Shown: piece by piece, positions 1 through 11,200 of the stretch
Numbering within the stretch: the first letter of the stretch is position 1
Layout of the letters: each line of letters begins with the position of its first letter
Assembly (NCBI GenBank): GCA_037447605.1
Contig: CM074815.1
Location: 2,666,001-2,730,000 of the forward strand
From: Zygnema circumcarinatum SAG 698-1b
Taxonomy: Eukaryota; Plantae; Zygnematophyceae
Length of the DNA: 64,000 nucleotides
Direction of reading: 5' to 3'
The notes under the pieces: model-generated
Databases searched by the model: none
What the model was told of the DNA's origin: nothing
What the model saw: only the letters and a program-made list of their open reading frames with translations
Program-made: the position numbers and the translations under genes

Positions 1-252
1 GGGAGAGGGAGGGGCAGAGAGGGAGGGAGTGAGAGAGACAGGGAGAGGGAGAGGGAGGCGGGAGGGAGAACAAGGGGGGCTGAATGTGGGGACAGATGAA
101 AGAGAGGAGGGGAGAGAGGGAGCAGAAAGTGGGAAAGGTCCAGCAGGTGGAGAAAGGGCTGTGAAGAGGCAAGAGAGAGGGAGGGAGAGAAGGAGAAGGG
201 GAGGGAGGGAGGCAGGGAGGGGGAGTGTCGGAGTTTTCGTTTGTGAACTTAC

Positions 253-2675
253 CATAGAAAGACGAATGCAATGCAGACAAGTGTGCTTTGAAGAAGCTCT
301 TTCAAAATTTGGAGCCCTTTGTTGCCTGCACCCTTGGGCTTACCCTCCACCTGCCCCAAACAACCAAAACAAGGAAAAGAAAAAAAATTACATAGAGGAG
401 GATAAGGAATACTAAACAACTAAAGGAAAATCCAAAGCTGGCCCTGAGGCTTTCAGAATCAGGTTTTTGAGATCGGTGAGTTTTGTTTTAAGGGAGGTAT
501 TCTCAAGTACTGTAATTTCAAGTAAATCTCGGGTACAAGTAACTCTCAAATAACTCTCTCCCTCTCTCTCTCTACTCTCTCGCTCTCTCGCCCCTCACTC
601 TCTCTCGCTCTCTCTCCCCTCACTCTCTACTATGTATCTGACAACCATGAATCCTTTACCCTAATGATTTTTTTTACTCAGATGCATCCAATGGCCTCAC
701 TTAGTACTTGAGAAGGACCATTCAAGTCTTGTTCTCACCATCACCACATGTAACGGCTGATGTTCCGTTAAGCCCGGCGGCGGCAACGGTTCTATGGAAT
801 CTCCCGAAGCGCGCTGCTTCAGTTCTTGGAACTGCAAAGGTGAAACGCATATTTCATTACATACAAACAAATTTGTCAATGTGAACTTTAACAAGATATG
901 GAAACCAAAATAAATCGGTCACAGAATCCCAAAACCCTACTCTTTCTAAACGCTCTAACTGAACCCTAACTGAACCCTAACTGAACCGTAACTGAACCTT
1001 AATTGAACACTACCTGAAACCCTAACTGAAAGTGACATGAGAAGGCCCATCTGGGTGACCGATCAACGGAACAGAACTGTCCATGCAAATGCCAACATGG
1101 AACTGTTTGACAAAACTGCAAACGGAACCGTCAACGGAACATTCCCACATAGAACCTCAGACCCTAAATCTCACCAAGGCGGGTAATCCCGAGGGCCGGC
1201 CCGCGCGCTCATCCGGAAGATATTCCGAAATTGTATTTGTCGAAATTAGGGCCTTCAAATATTCAATTACGGACTGAGCATCTGCCGCATGTTCCCTCCT
1301 TTCGAATCTCTCAATAACTGCCTGCGGACTGCATGGAACGGCTCGCTCCCCCTCCCCACCAACAGATTTGAACACATAGAAAGGCCGGTGATAACGGAAC
1401 AGCGGGCAAATAATAGTTCATATGTGAGCGAGGGAGGATGGGGAGGAGAGGAGAGAGAGAGAGAGAGAGAGAGAGATGGATAAAAAAGGTGAACGGTAGG
1501 CATGAGAGAAAGAGAGCGAGAGAGAAAGTGAGAGAGAGAGAGTGAGAGAGAGAGTGAGAGAGTGAGAGGGAGTGAGAGAGAGTGAGTGTGAGAGAGTAAG
1601 AGGGTGTGAGAGAGAGATAGTTAGAGAGTGAGAGAGTGAGAGGGAGTGTGAGAGTGAGAGGGAGTGAGAGAGTGAGAGTGAGAGTGAGAGGGAGTGAGAG
1701 AGAGAAAGTGAGAGAGTGAGCGGGAATGAGAGAGTGCGAGAGTGAGAGTGAGTGAGAGAGAGTGAGTGAGAGAGTGAGGGAGTGAGAGAGAGAGAGAGGG
1801 AGGACCTAGATCCGCACTCTTCCAAGCCGTACTGAAGCCAGGTTTGAGCATCTTCTACAAACCCTTTCCTTAAACCCTAATACTAAAACCTAATTCCAAA
1901 CCCGAAACCCGAAACCCTAATCTCACCTTATTTTGTTGAGCTCCACCAAATAGAGCGCCTGCTTGGCCGCATCCTTCGGATCCGCGTCCGCGATCGCTTC
2001 AAATTTCTCCAATTTTTTTTTCTGCTGCCAGGCGGGCCATTGGAGAAATATTTTCACGACTCTGATCCGCAGGACCCACTTCCACAACTTTGCCAAAAAA
2101 AATCCAAAATTAAAAAATATTCCGCTTTTTTTTTTCTGCCCGTCCTCGTCCTCTCCCTCCTCTTCCTCCTCCTCCTCCTCCTTCTCCGTCGCCGTCTCTC
2201 CCTCTCCCAGTCTCCCTCCCTCTCTCTCTCCCTCTCCCTCTCCCTCTCCTCTCCCTCTCCCGGCCCCCCTCTGAAACCCTAATTTCTGGCCTTCTACAGT
2301 ACTATTAACAGTTTGGGGCTCAGCAATTTTAAAATTTGGGGCCAAATTTCCGTCGCTTTTTGGGTTTTCAGAGAAGGAGAAAGTTTCCCAGTCTGATTTT
2401 GCGTCGGAATTGAACGAAGGGTCGGAAAAAGCGGAGGAAGACGAGGCGGAAATTCGGAAAAGGGGACGGATTTTGGGGATTCTGGTGGATAATTGGGGTT
2501 TTAGGGTTCTGGGGTTTTGGGGGTTAAGTTGTGGAACCAATGGGTGGAATCGATAGATCAATTTGGAGTTGATTTGTGAATTTCTGCAGCAAGAAATGGG
2601 GTTGGGGTTGGGAGAGGGCGAGAGAGAGCAGGGGACGGGAGGGAGGGAGGAGAAGTGGAGGGCCTGGACGCCCAT
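253..2675 (-). CDS. FTSH11: FtsH11/YME1-like ATP-dependent zinc metalloprotease, 5' part (gene continues off the left edge)
   Basis: Exons 2675-1927, 1328-1175, 831-739, 350-253 with GT-AG borders and consistent phases give ...WPAWQQKKKLEKFEAIADADPKDAAKQALYLVELNKI-SPQAVIERFERREHAADAQSVIEYLKALISTNTISEYLPDERAGRPSGLPAL-FQELKQRASGDSIEPLPPPGLTEHQPLHVVM-VEGKPKGAGNKGLQILKELLQSTLVCIAFVFL. This is recognisably the plant FtsH11 N-terminal region (from recall). The N-terminus is Ser/Pro-rich and transit-peptide-like. Confidence 0.9.
961..1030 (+). repeat. 11-bp tandem repeat (CTAACTGAACC)n in an FtsH intron
   Basis: About 6 degenerate copies read directly. Confidence 0.75.
1440..1800 (+). repeat. (GA)n/(GAGAGT)n microsatellite in FtsH intron 1
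   Basis: Direct reading. Confidence 0.9.
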
Positions 2676-3343
2676 TTGGAGGAGGAGAGAGAGGGGGAGA
2701 GAGGGAGGGAGAGAGGGAGAGAGAGGGGGAGAGAGGGATGGAGAGAGGGAGAGAGGGGGTGGGAGAGCAAGGGGAATGCGGAGGAAGGGAGAGAGAGGGA
2801 GGGAGATATGGAGCGAGAGGGGGTGAGTGAGTAAGGGGAAGGCGAAGGAAGGGAGAGAGAGGGAGGGAGATATGGAGAGAGAGGGGGTGAGAGAGGAAGG
2901 GGAAGGCGTAGAGAGGGAGGGAGAGGAAGAGAAGAGAGAATGGAGAGAGAGGGAGAGAGAGAAGGAGAGAAGAGAGAGAGAGGGTGAGAGTGAGACAGAG
3001 GTCAAACGAGGGTTCAGCGCCGCTGAATTGCACCCCAAACGTGGGAGGAAGGCGCTGAATCCTAAACCCTGAAACCCTAACCCTAAAATCCGCCTCTCTC
3101 CCACTCCCCTGTCCCTCTCCCCCTCTCCCTCTGGATGGGGTCGAGGTCGACAGGCCCCTTGATTAAAACGATACGGATGTAATTCAGTCCGGACAAACGA
3201 GTACGGGTAGAATGCGGATACAACGGTACTGTACGGTAATGTAACGGATTGAGTGGTACTGTACGTACGGTGACCGCACGCGCCGTACCATACAGTACAG
3301 TACTGTACTATGATGATGACGAAGCATGACGTAGATGAGTCAA

Positions 3344-3632
3344 GACCGAGTCGGGTTCTGTTTGGGATGTCAATGGAGGTCAGCGCAACCCGAGGTCAAC
3401 TCCAAGATCAAGAGTAGATCTAGCTATTTACGAGGTGGATCGCGGGAAGACCGAGTCGGGATCTGCTTGGGATGTCAAGGGACGTCAGCGCAACCCGAGG
3501 TCAACTCCAAGATCAATAGTGGATCTAACTTTTACGGGGTAGATCAAGGGGAGACCGAGTCGGGATCTGCTTGGGATGTCAATGGAGGTCAGCACAACCC
3601 GAGATCAACTTCAAGATCAAGAGTGGATCCGT
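3344..3632 (+). repeat. ~105-bp tandem repeat, ~2.8 copies
   Basis: GACCGAGTCGGG..CAACCCGAG(G/A)TCAACT..AAGATCAA units start at 3344, 3449 and 3553. Confidence 0.85.
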
Positions 3633-4176
3633 GATCATCGAATTTGAATGCTTTATGATCACATAGAGCCGCTTTACTATACGACGGGTTAATGACTGGG
3701 TGGAAACAGTCACATGTGGCAGTTGACCGTTAACAAACCGGTCGCTGAACTGTGCACTAGCGAGCGACTGTCTCTATGACGGTCAGCCCATACTGGAACT
3801 ATGATACATGTCCTATTGTGACGGAAGCTTCGATTTTTATGCGTTCAGTCGCGAAATTTCCGCCGTTGAAATTGACCTTTACCGTGTGCCTCTAGCGCGT
3901 CTTTCCACGTGCCCTTATTGCATCTCAAAGTCATCGCCTCGAACTCTGGTCAACGTGGTTCCATAACAAACCCGCCAGCTGTTGGTAAGTGGATTCGCCC
4001 CGGGAATCGTGGCCGGTCTCCCACTTTCGCTCTCCCTCGCTCCCTCCCTCCCTCCCTCCCTCCCTCCCTCCCTCCCTCTCTTTCCCTCCCTCCCTCCCTC
4101 TCTTTCCCTCCCTCCCTCCCTCCCTCCCCCCCTCCCTCTNNNNNNNNNNCTCCCCCCCTCCCCCCCTCCCTCCGCC

Positions 4177-6661
4177 ATGGCCGCGGCTCTGCCACTGTTT
4201 GTGGTCCTCCTGCTCTCCGTCTCAGCGCTGCTTCCCTCCGCCCATGCCGATTCCAAGGACGGCGTGGTCAGTCCTCAGAACTTGAGAGAGCTCAGCAGGA
4301 CCTCGAGGCATTTGCTGGCGACGCAAAATGGCGGCGCAGAGGTGGATCCGCAGTTCACTCCGCCAAAGGGAGCAACCTATTTGGGTGGACCTGTGATGGT
4401 GAACAGGGTCAACCTTTACGTGCTCTGGTACGGGAACTGGTCCAATGAGACAGCCTCGCAGAAGTTGATCCGCGAGTTCCTGCTGTCACTGGACCGTACG
4501 AACACGCTCAAGGGCGGGCCCACAGTGCGCGGATGGTTCAACATTCTCCGCCAATACTATGACGGAAATAACGACTACGTACAGGGTGACGTCACGCTCA
4601 AGCAGGAAGCATATGATGCCTATTCCCATGGTTTGCAATTGTTCGATTATTCGCAGTTCTCCCCTATTGAAGACGCTGTCAATGCAGGAGTATTTCCTGC
4701 AGATAAAAATGGCATTTACCTTATGTATCCAAGCGCTGACGTGCATGTGAGTCCCTTATCTTTTTCCCTGCGCTTTGAGTTCCAAGCTCTGCTTTCTTAG
4801 AAAAACGTGAGGTCTGTAAAAGACATTACTTTAAAGTAGACTTGTCTCTAGTTTATGTAGTGTACAATAGGGATATAGGCCTAGCAAGTACACCGTACGA
4901 TCCTTCTTAGGTCGTGTCGGTCGTCCTTGGGACATCTAGTTGTAATAGGAACAGGACGCTAGGTCCTGTTCGGATAGTCTGAACTGGAGGAGTCAAGGTT
5001 GAACACGTGGCACGCAGCGATAGGCCTGTGACACCTAGGCCTGTTACAGGCCTGTGACATGTAACTGTAACTGCCCAAGAATGTGTCATGTAGGCCTTCA
5101 CTCCTATCAACTGCTTCTTTTTTTGTGGTGGTGGTAGCATTTTCATCCCGGATTTTACGTCCCCGATGTTGACCTCCAATATTACGAACCTTATGTCGAC
5201 TGCGTCTGCCGTGCAAGGACCTTTATTGACAGTTTAGGCGCCAACGCATTCATAGCTTACAACAGCGATAACGAGTACTGCGCAAGCCCTTGCGGCGTAC
5301 TGATTCCTTCTGCCAACACCAATCCGGCGGCCGATGACATGATTTTCAATACGGGATTTGCCATCCAAAGTATAGTCGTCAATCCGCATTTTGACGCGTG
5401 GAGGATCGACCAAAATTGTGTCTACAGCCAAGTGGTGTACAACAACCCGCCGGATGGTCAGTATAGAAGCACCACAGAATGTGCTGGCAGCTGGTGGGGC
5501 CCACCTCGGCCATTCATTATTCATTCATTGCCTTCCCTCCTGCTTTCGCGGACCGTTGTGGTTGAACACGTGACAGTGGTAACGCTGATGCACTAGGTTC
5601 ACTTCGTTTGGCACTTGTACTTTTGAAATATACTTTTTCTTTTTTTTTCTTTGTTTTTAGGGTTCTGAGTTTGCCTCGGATTCATCTTTGATTGTGTGCG
5701 TGTATTGAATGTAATAATGCAGGGCGTTTCAACGTGTTTGGAAGGAAAATGAAGAAATTTTTGCTCGGGCCGGTTTGGGACATCTCAAAGGGCTCCTGTG
5801 TGATCCAAGGCTCAGAGGCTGTGAACAGAACCAATGTGGGCACGTACTACAAGATGTACGGAAGGCGGTACTTCCGGAGTCCCGTTGTGCGCCAAGAGGC
5901 GGGTCTGCCCAATAGGAGCTGCTACAGGATCGCGCTCTCCCCGCTGGGCTCCTTCGTCATTCGTTGGAATGTCGATGACAGGAAGCCCAACCACGTGGTG
6001 CGAACTCTTAATACTGTTCCAAACGAAATTTGAACGAACTTTGAACGAACTTTGAACGAAATTTGAACGAACTTTGAACGAACTTTAAACGAACTTTGAA
6101 CGAACTTTAAACGAACTTTGAACGAACTTTGACATATTTGTCCCCGTTCTTTATGCGAAATTGAGGTTCAGTTGATTGGCATGGACGACAAAGGTTTTCA
6201 CATCACAGCTGCTTTGCTCTTTGGCTTCTTAAATATTTCTAAGTAGAAAGAGTAGAGGCACCATGCATGAGGTGCTGAGCTGGCGGTATGTGATTGGACA
6301 GGGATGCCGACGTGTCACCTTGTGGGCCAATTCGAATTGCACGGGCACGTAAGTTCTTACAAACCGACCTGCTTCGATCATTGCTTGGATGCCGTGTCTT
6401 TCTGCCCATGCACAACGCTTCAAGATTTGGATGTGATTGGGTGGTGTCTCTAAGCCATGGTCTGTGTGCGTAGCTCTCAACTTAGATGCGCCAAGGGGCT
6501 CGCTCATTCATTGGTTCGCGCCTGGCTTTCTGTTGTGCAGCAATACGACCTACGCGCTTCCCGGCGGAATTTGGAACCCGCTGAATTTCGCATATCCCGA
6601 TACGAAAATTCGCATCCTGCCACATGCAGTGGCTTCCGCCAGTTGTAGGGGGGCGACGTAG
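4177..6661 (+). CDS. Secreted EXORDIUM/Phosphate-induced-1 (Phi-1) family protein with C-terminal extension (paralogue 1)
   Basis: Signal peptide MAAALPLFVVLLLSVSALLPSAHA. Exon 4177-4746 has YLGGPVM..VNLYVLWYGNW and NGIYL. Exon ~5138-5456 has C..C..R, PSANTNPAADDMI and NPHFDAW. Exon 5723-5997 has FNVFGRKMKKFLLGPVWDISKGSC. Exons ~6251-6348 and 6541-6661 follow. The 5' ends of exons 2 and 4 are uncertain. Confidence 0.85.
6018..6132 (+). repeat. 11-bp tandem repeat (AACGAACTTTG)n in EXO-1 intron 3
   Basis: About 10 copies read directly. Confidence 0.85.
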
Positions 6662-7437
6662 CGGGACCCATCTTCTGCTATGAGGGAATGGGGGGGGGGG
6701 GGGGGGGNNNNNNNNNNGGGGGGGGGGGGGGGGGGGGGGGGGGGTTTGGATGCTTGGAATAACTTTTTGTAGGGGAGGTTTGGGCGGACTTCCCTCATAG
6801 ACCGTACTATTGGTAATGGAGGTGGAGGTTTGAGTTGGAGCCTCAAACTCTTTCCATGTGTTTGTTGGTGGTCAACGCCATGTTTGACTCTCACTGCTAC
6901 GTCTTTCACCTTTTCCTAGAGCATTCTTTTCATGGGTGAAAACCAACCCTTTTGTATATGTCGGTTATTTCTACGTTCGTTCTTCACACTTGACTTCCCT
7001 TGACTTAAGTCGAATCTTACTAGGAATGAGTGATGCTGAAAAGCAAGGACCGCCCAAAGGCTAAGGGCCGGCCCGCCGCCATTTCGGGTTTTTAGGGTTT
7101 TTAATAACTTGCCGCCTTCCTGTGCGTGTCCGCGCTCCTTGTACGGCACAGTTCAACGGTCTCCGTTACGACCTACAACGCTGTCACATGGCCTCCGATA
7201 GCAATGTATCTCGCGTCCAATGAAAGATCGCCACGTCAGCACCCAGGTGGAAGGCCACGATGGCAACTGCAGCTGCCTCCGTCACCGACACGAGTCACGA
7301 CTTGCGGCCGTACGGTCTCCGCGGCCGTACAACCACCCGTACGTCGGGAGGAGAGGGAGGGAGGGAGGGGAGGCCTGGACTGTAGCGAAACATAAAGAGT
7401 GATGGGAAAGAAACTGCTGACCAGAGTTGAGATGCTT

Positions 7438-7857
7438 TTAGGGTTTAGGGGTTAGGGGTTAGGGTTTAGGGGTTAGGGTTTAGGGGTTAGGGTTTAGGGT
7501 TTAGGGGTTAGGGTTTAGGGTTTAGGGTTTAGGGTTTAGGGTTTAGGGTTAGGGTTTAGGGGTTAGGGTTTAGGGTTTAGGGTTTAGGGTTTAGGGGTTA
7601 GGGTTTAGGGGTTAGGGTTTAGGGGTTAGGGGTTAGGGTTTAGGGGTTAGGGTTCAGGGTTTAGGGTTTAGGGGTTAGGGGTTAGGGTTTAGGGTTTAGG
7701 GGTTAGGGGTTAGGGGTTAGGGGTTAGGGTTTAGGGGTTAGGGGTTAGGGTTTAGGGTTTAGGGTTTAGGGTTTAGGGTTCAGGGGTTAGGGTTTAGGGT
7801 TTAGGGTTTAGGGTTTAGGGTTTAGGGTTTAGGGTTTAGGGTTTAGGGTTTAGGGCT
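7438..7857 (+). repeat. Interstitial telomere-like array, mixed TTTAGGG/TTAGGG/TTAGGGG
   Basis: About 420 bp, uninterrupted, no N gap, between the converging EXO-1 and LTN1 3' ends. Confidence 0.95.
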
Positions 7858-8252
7858 TAATACGTTTGCAGGGAGATAGATCAGAACTGAAACTGAGAAT
7901 GGGTTCGGGGGGTATGGAGGAGCTAAAGATGTATGGATATAAAGTTTTTGCGATTCTGCCTAAAGTTGAGAAAGGCAAGGTCTGTTCCACGATCCCACTC
8001 CTGCGGGCAAATATTCAACATTGCACAAAATAACCAGCATAGAACGGTTGCCAAAGTCCCAATATTCCCAGATATTACAAAAATTTCCACGATTGTACAT
8101 ACCATCATCTGAATTCTCCTTCTCCTGCTCCATCCTAAAACCCTAAACTTTGCTTAACCACACTACACCTCGTCAAAAACCCTAAACCCTAAACCCTACG
8201 CTGAAGAATTCAAAACTGAAACCCCTCCGTGCCGTACAACCCTAAACTGTAA

Positions 8253-11200
8253 CTAGAACGGAGACTGACACAGCGGACACGTAGACTTATGCGACGACGA
8301 GAACCACTTGTACAAACATAGAGCATGAAATTTGTGCTTGCATGTTTTGCACGCGAGTTTGGGCAGACTTTTGTCGCTAGAATGCACCAAACTGTAACAT
8401 ATAGGGCACTCTTCCAAACCCCCAAACCCCTGCTCCAAGCTCTCCTTCCAGGAAACTACCGCCTCCCCCACCGCCCCGATTCTATGTCGCACAAAAGCGT
8501 CGATCAGTTTAACCCACAGTCGAACTTTAGCGTTGCTCTGCCCGAACGCTTGTCGGCATTCGATTTTCATTTCCCGCAGCGGATACGAATTCGGCATTTT
8601 TAAACTGATTTCCGCTTCGATTTCTTCCATAGAATAGGCCACGAAGATCTCCCCTTGGCTTCGGTTCAGGCGTACGGAAAAACCCTCATGACCGACAACA
8701 GCCGCCTGCACCTGCGGTCGACCACGGCTCATCAAAATTAGGGTTTAGGGTTTAGGGTTTAGGGTTCAGGTTTTGAATTTTAGGGTTAAAGGTCAAAGGT
8801 TTGGGTTTCAAAGTTAAGGGTTAGCGGTCTTATAGGGTTCAAGGTTCAGGGTTCAAGATTCAGGGGCTAGGGTATATAGCGTTTGCGGTTTCAGGGTTTA
8901 GGATTTAGGGTGTAGGGTATAGGGTGTAGGGTTTAGGGTTTAGGTTTAGGGTTTAGGGTTTAGGTTTAGGGTTTAGGGTTTAGGGTTTAGGGTTTAGGGT
9001 TTAGGGTTTAGGGTTAGGGTTTAGGGTTTAGGGTTTAGGTTTAGGGTTTAGGGTTTAGGGTTTAGGGTTGAGGGTTTAGGGTTTAGGGTTTAGAGTTCAG
9101 GGTTTAGGGGTTAGGGTTTAGGGTTTAGGGTTTGGGGTTTCGGGTTTCGGGTTTCGGGTTTAGTAGGGTTTAGGGTTCACCTGTTGGAACTCGTACGCCA
9201 TAATATGGGGACTGCATGTAACGGCCGTAAAGTTTTCCGTCCTCATCTGCCCCCCGCGGTCCCTCCAGTCCAAAAACCAAAGTCGAGCAAGCGCCGGAAG
9301 CTGCCTCAGCAGCGCCCCATATATGGCGCCCGCCAGCGTGGCGATTCCGGCGCTTCTGATTGGCCAGAGCGTCTCGGCGGCGAATAGCGGACTGCCACCC
9401 GTCGCCGCCCGAGTGGCCGCCTCGGACACCGCGGCGGCTTCCGGAGAGGGCGCGCTCTTTTTCCGGTCGCCGGGCGGTTTGGTCCGCCCAGAGGATGACG
9501 TCAGCGAGAGGGGAATATGGCGGAGGATGACGTCAAGGAGGCACGTGGAGCCGCAAGATGACGCGTAGCGGAGGAGGCGAAGTTTGGAGGGGTCGGAGGG
9601 AGGGAGGGCGTGGAGGCGGTGGAGGAGGAGGGCCCACCCGAGGAAGCAATGGACCTGAGAGAGAGGGAGAGAGAGAGAGAGAGAGTGAGGAGGGGAGAGA
9701 AAGAGGAGAGGGAGAGAGGGGAGAGAGAGAGGGGAGGGAGAGAGGGGAGAGAGAGAGGAGAGGGAGAGAGGGGTGAGAGAGAGGAGAGGGAGAGAGGGGT
9801 GAGAGAGAGAAGTGGGAGAGAGGGGAGAGAGAGAGGAGAGGGAGAGGGGAGAGAGAGAGGAGAGGGAGAGAGGGGAGAAGGAGAGGAGAGGGAGAGAGGG
9901 GAGAGAGAGAGGAGAGGGGAGAGAGGGGAGAGAGAAGTGGGAGAGAGGGGAGAGAGAGAGGAGTGGGAGAGAGGGGAGAGAGGAGGAGAAGGACGAATTC
10001 AAGCTGACGGCATATATTTGGAAGCCTTAGCGGGAATACCCAGAACTCACCACTGTCGTTCTGTCTGCTGACGTCAGCACATTGAGTGGCGTCTCCATCA
10101 ACCCTGCCAGCTCAGCCCTAACTCTTGCCACGTCAGCCGGGGTTCCCTGGCCTTCCCCAGCGTCCTCCGTTCCTCCGCCGACCCCAACGGAAACCGTTCC
10201 CGGCAACACACTCGGTCGGCATAGAAAGTTGAACGCCGTTCGTTGTACCGTTCCCTGTCCGTTCCGGCTCGCCGGGTCCAACATCAGCGAATAGAGAGCT
10301 GCCACGTGTCCCTTTCCAAGTCCCCACAAGTCCAACGCCCTCGTGCCAGCTGCCACCGCCCTGTCAGACGCTCCCCTCGCCACGTCAGCAACAACTTCCA
10401 AAAACGGGCCGTTCGATCGCCGCCACGTGGCGACCGCTGCAGCCGCCACGTGTCCCTTCGCTGCCGTCGCAGCCAATCCGCTTGCCAGGAACATCCGGAT
10501 GACGTCAGCATATGCTTTTTGAGATAGAGCCCTCCACATGATCGCGTCTGCATCATCAGTGACGTCACTCCGTACATCCGTGACATCACTTCCTGCGTCC
10601 TCGACATCACCTCCTCCCTCTCCCCTTTTGAAGGGAAGAGGAAGATTGCAAAGAAGAGAGAACAAGTACACCGCCTTTCTAGCAAGTATGAAATTCNNNN
10701 NNNNNNAGGGTTTAGGGTTTAGGGTTTAGAGTTCAGGGTTTAGGGGTTAGGGTTTAGGGTTTAGGGTTTGGGGTTTCGGGTTTCGGGTTTCGGGTTTAGT
10801 AGGGTTTAGGGTTCACCTGTTGGAACTCGTACGCCATAATATGGGGACTGCATGTAACGGCCGTAAAGTTTTCCGTCCTCATCTGCCCCCCGCGGTCCCT
10901 CCAGTCCAAAAACCAAAGTCGAGCAAGCGCCGGAAGCTGCCTCAGCAGCGCCCCATATATGGCGCCCGCCAGCGTGGCGATTCCGGCGCTTCTGATTGGC
11001 CAGAGCGTCTCGGCGGCGAATAGCGGACTGCCACCCGTCGCCGCCCGAGTGGCCGCCTCGGACACCGCGGCGGCTTCCGGAGAGGGCGCGCTCTTTTTCC
11101 GGTCGCCGGGCGGTTTGGTCCGCCCAGAGGATGACGTCAGCGAGAGGGGAATATGGCGGAGGATGACGTCAAGGAGGCACGTGGAGCCGCAAGATGACGC

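Noticed and set aside
3344-3632. Possible CRISPR-like array (also 23085-23225 and 61238-61315)
   Set aside because: Plain tandem repeats without unique spacers, in a eukaryotic genome with no cas genes.
6690-6745. Poly-G run as a functional G-quadruplex (also 60356-60415)
   Set aside because: Both runs straddle N gaps, so their length and context are unreliable.
7438-7857. True chromosome end or fusion point
   Set aside because: One orientation only, no head-to-head inversion, and unique sequence continues on both sides.
7923-8108. Small hydrophobic ORF (61 aa, -)
   Set aside because: No recognisable family; it lies in the likely LTN1 3' UTR.
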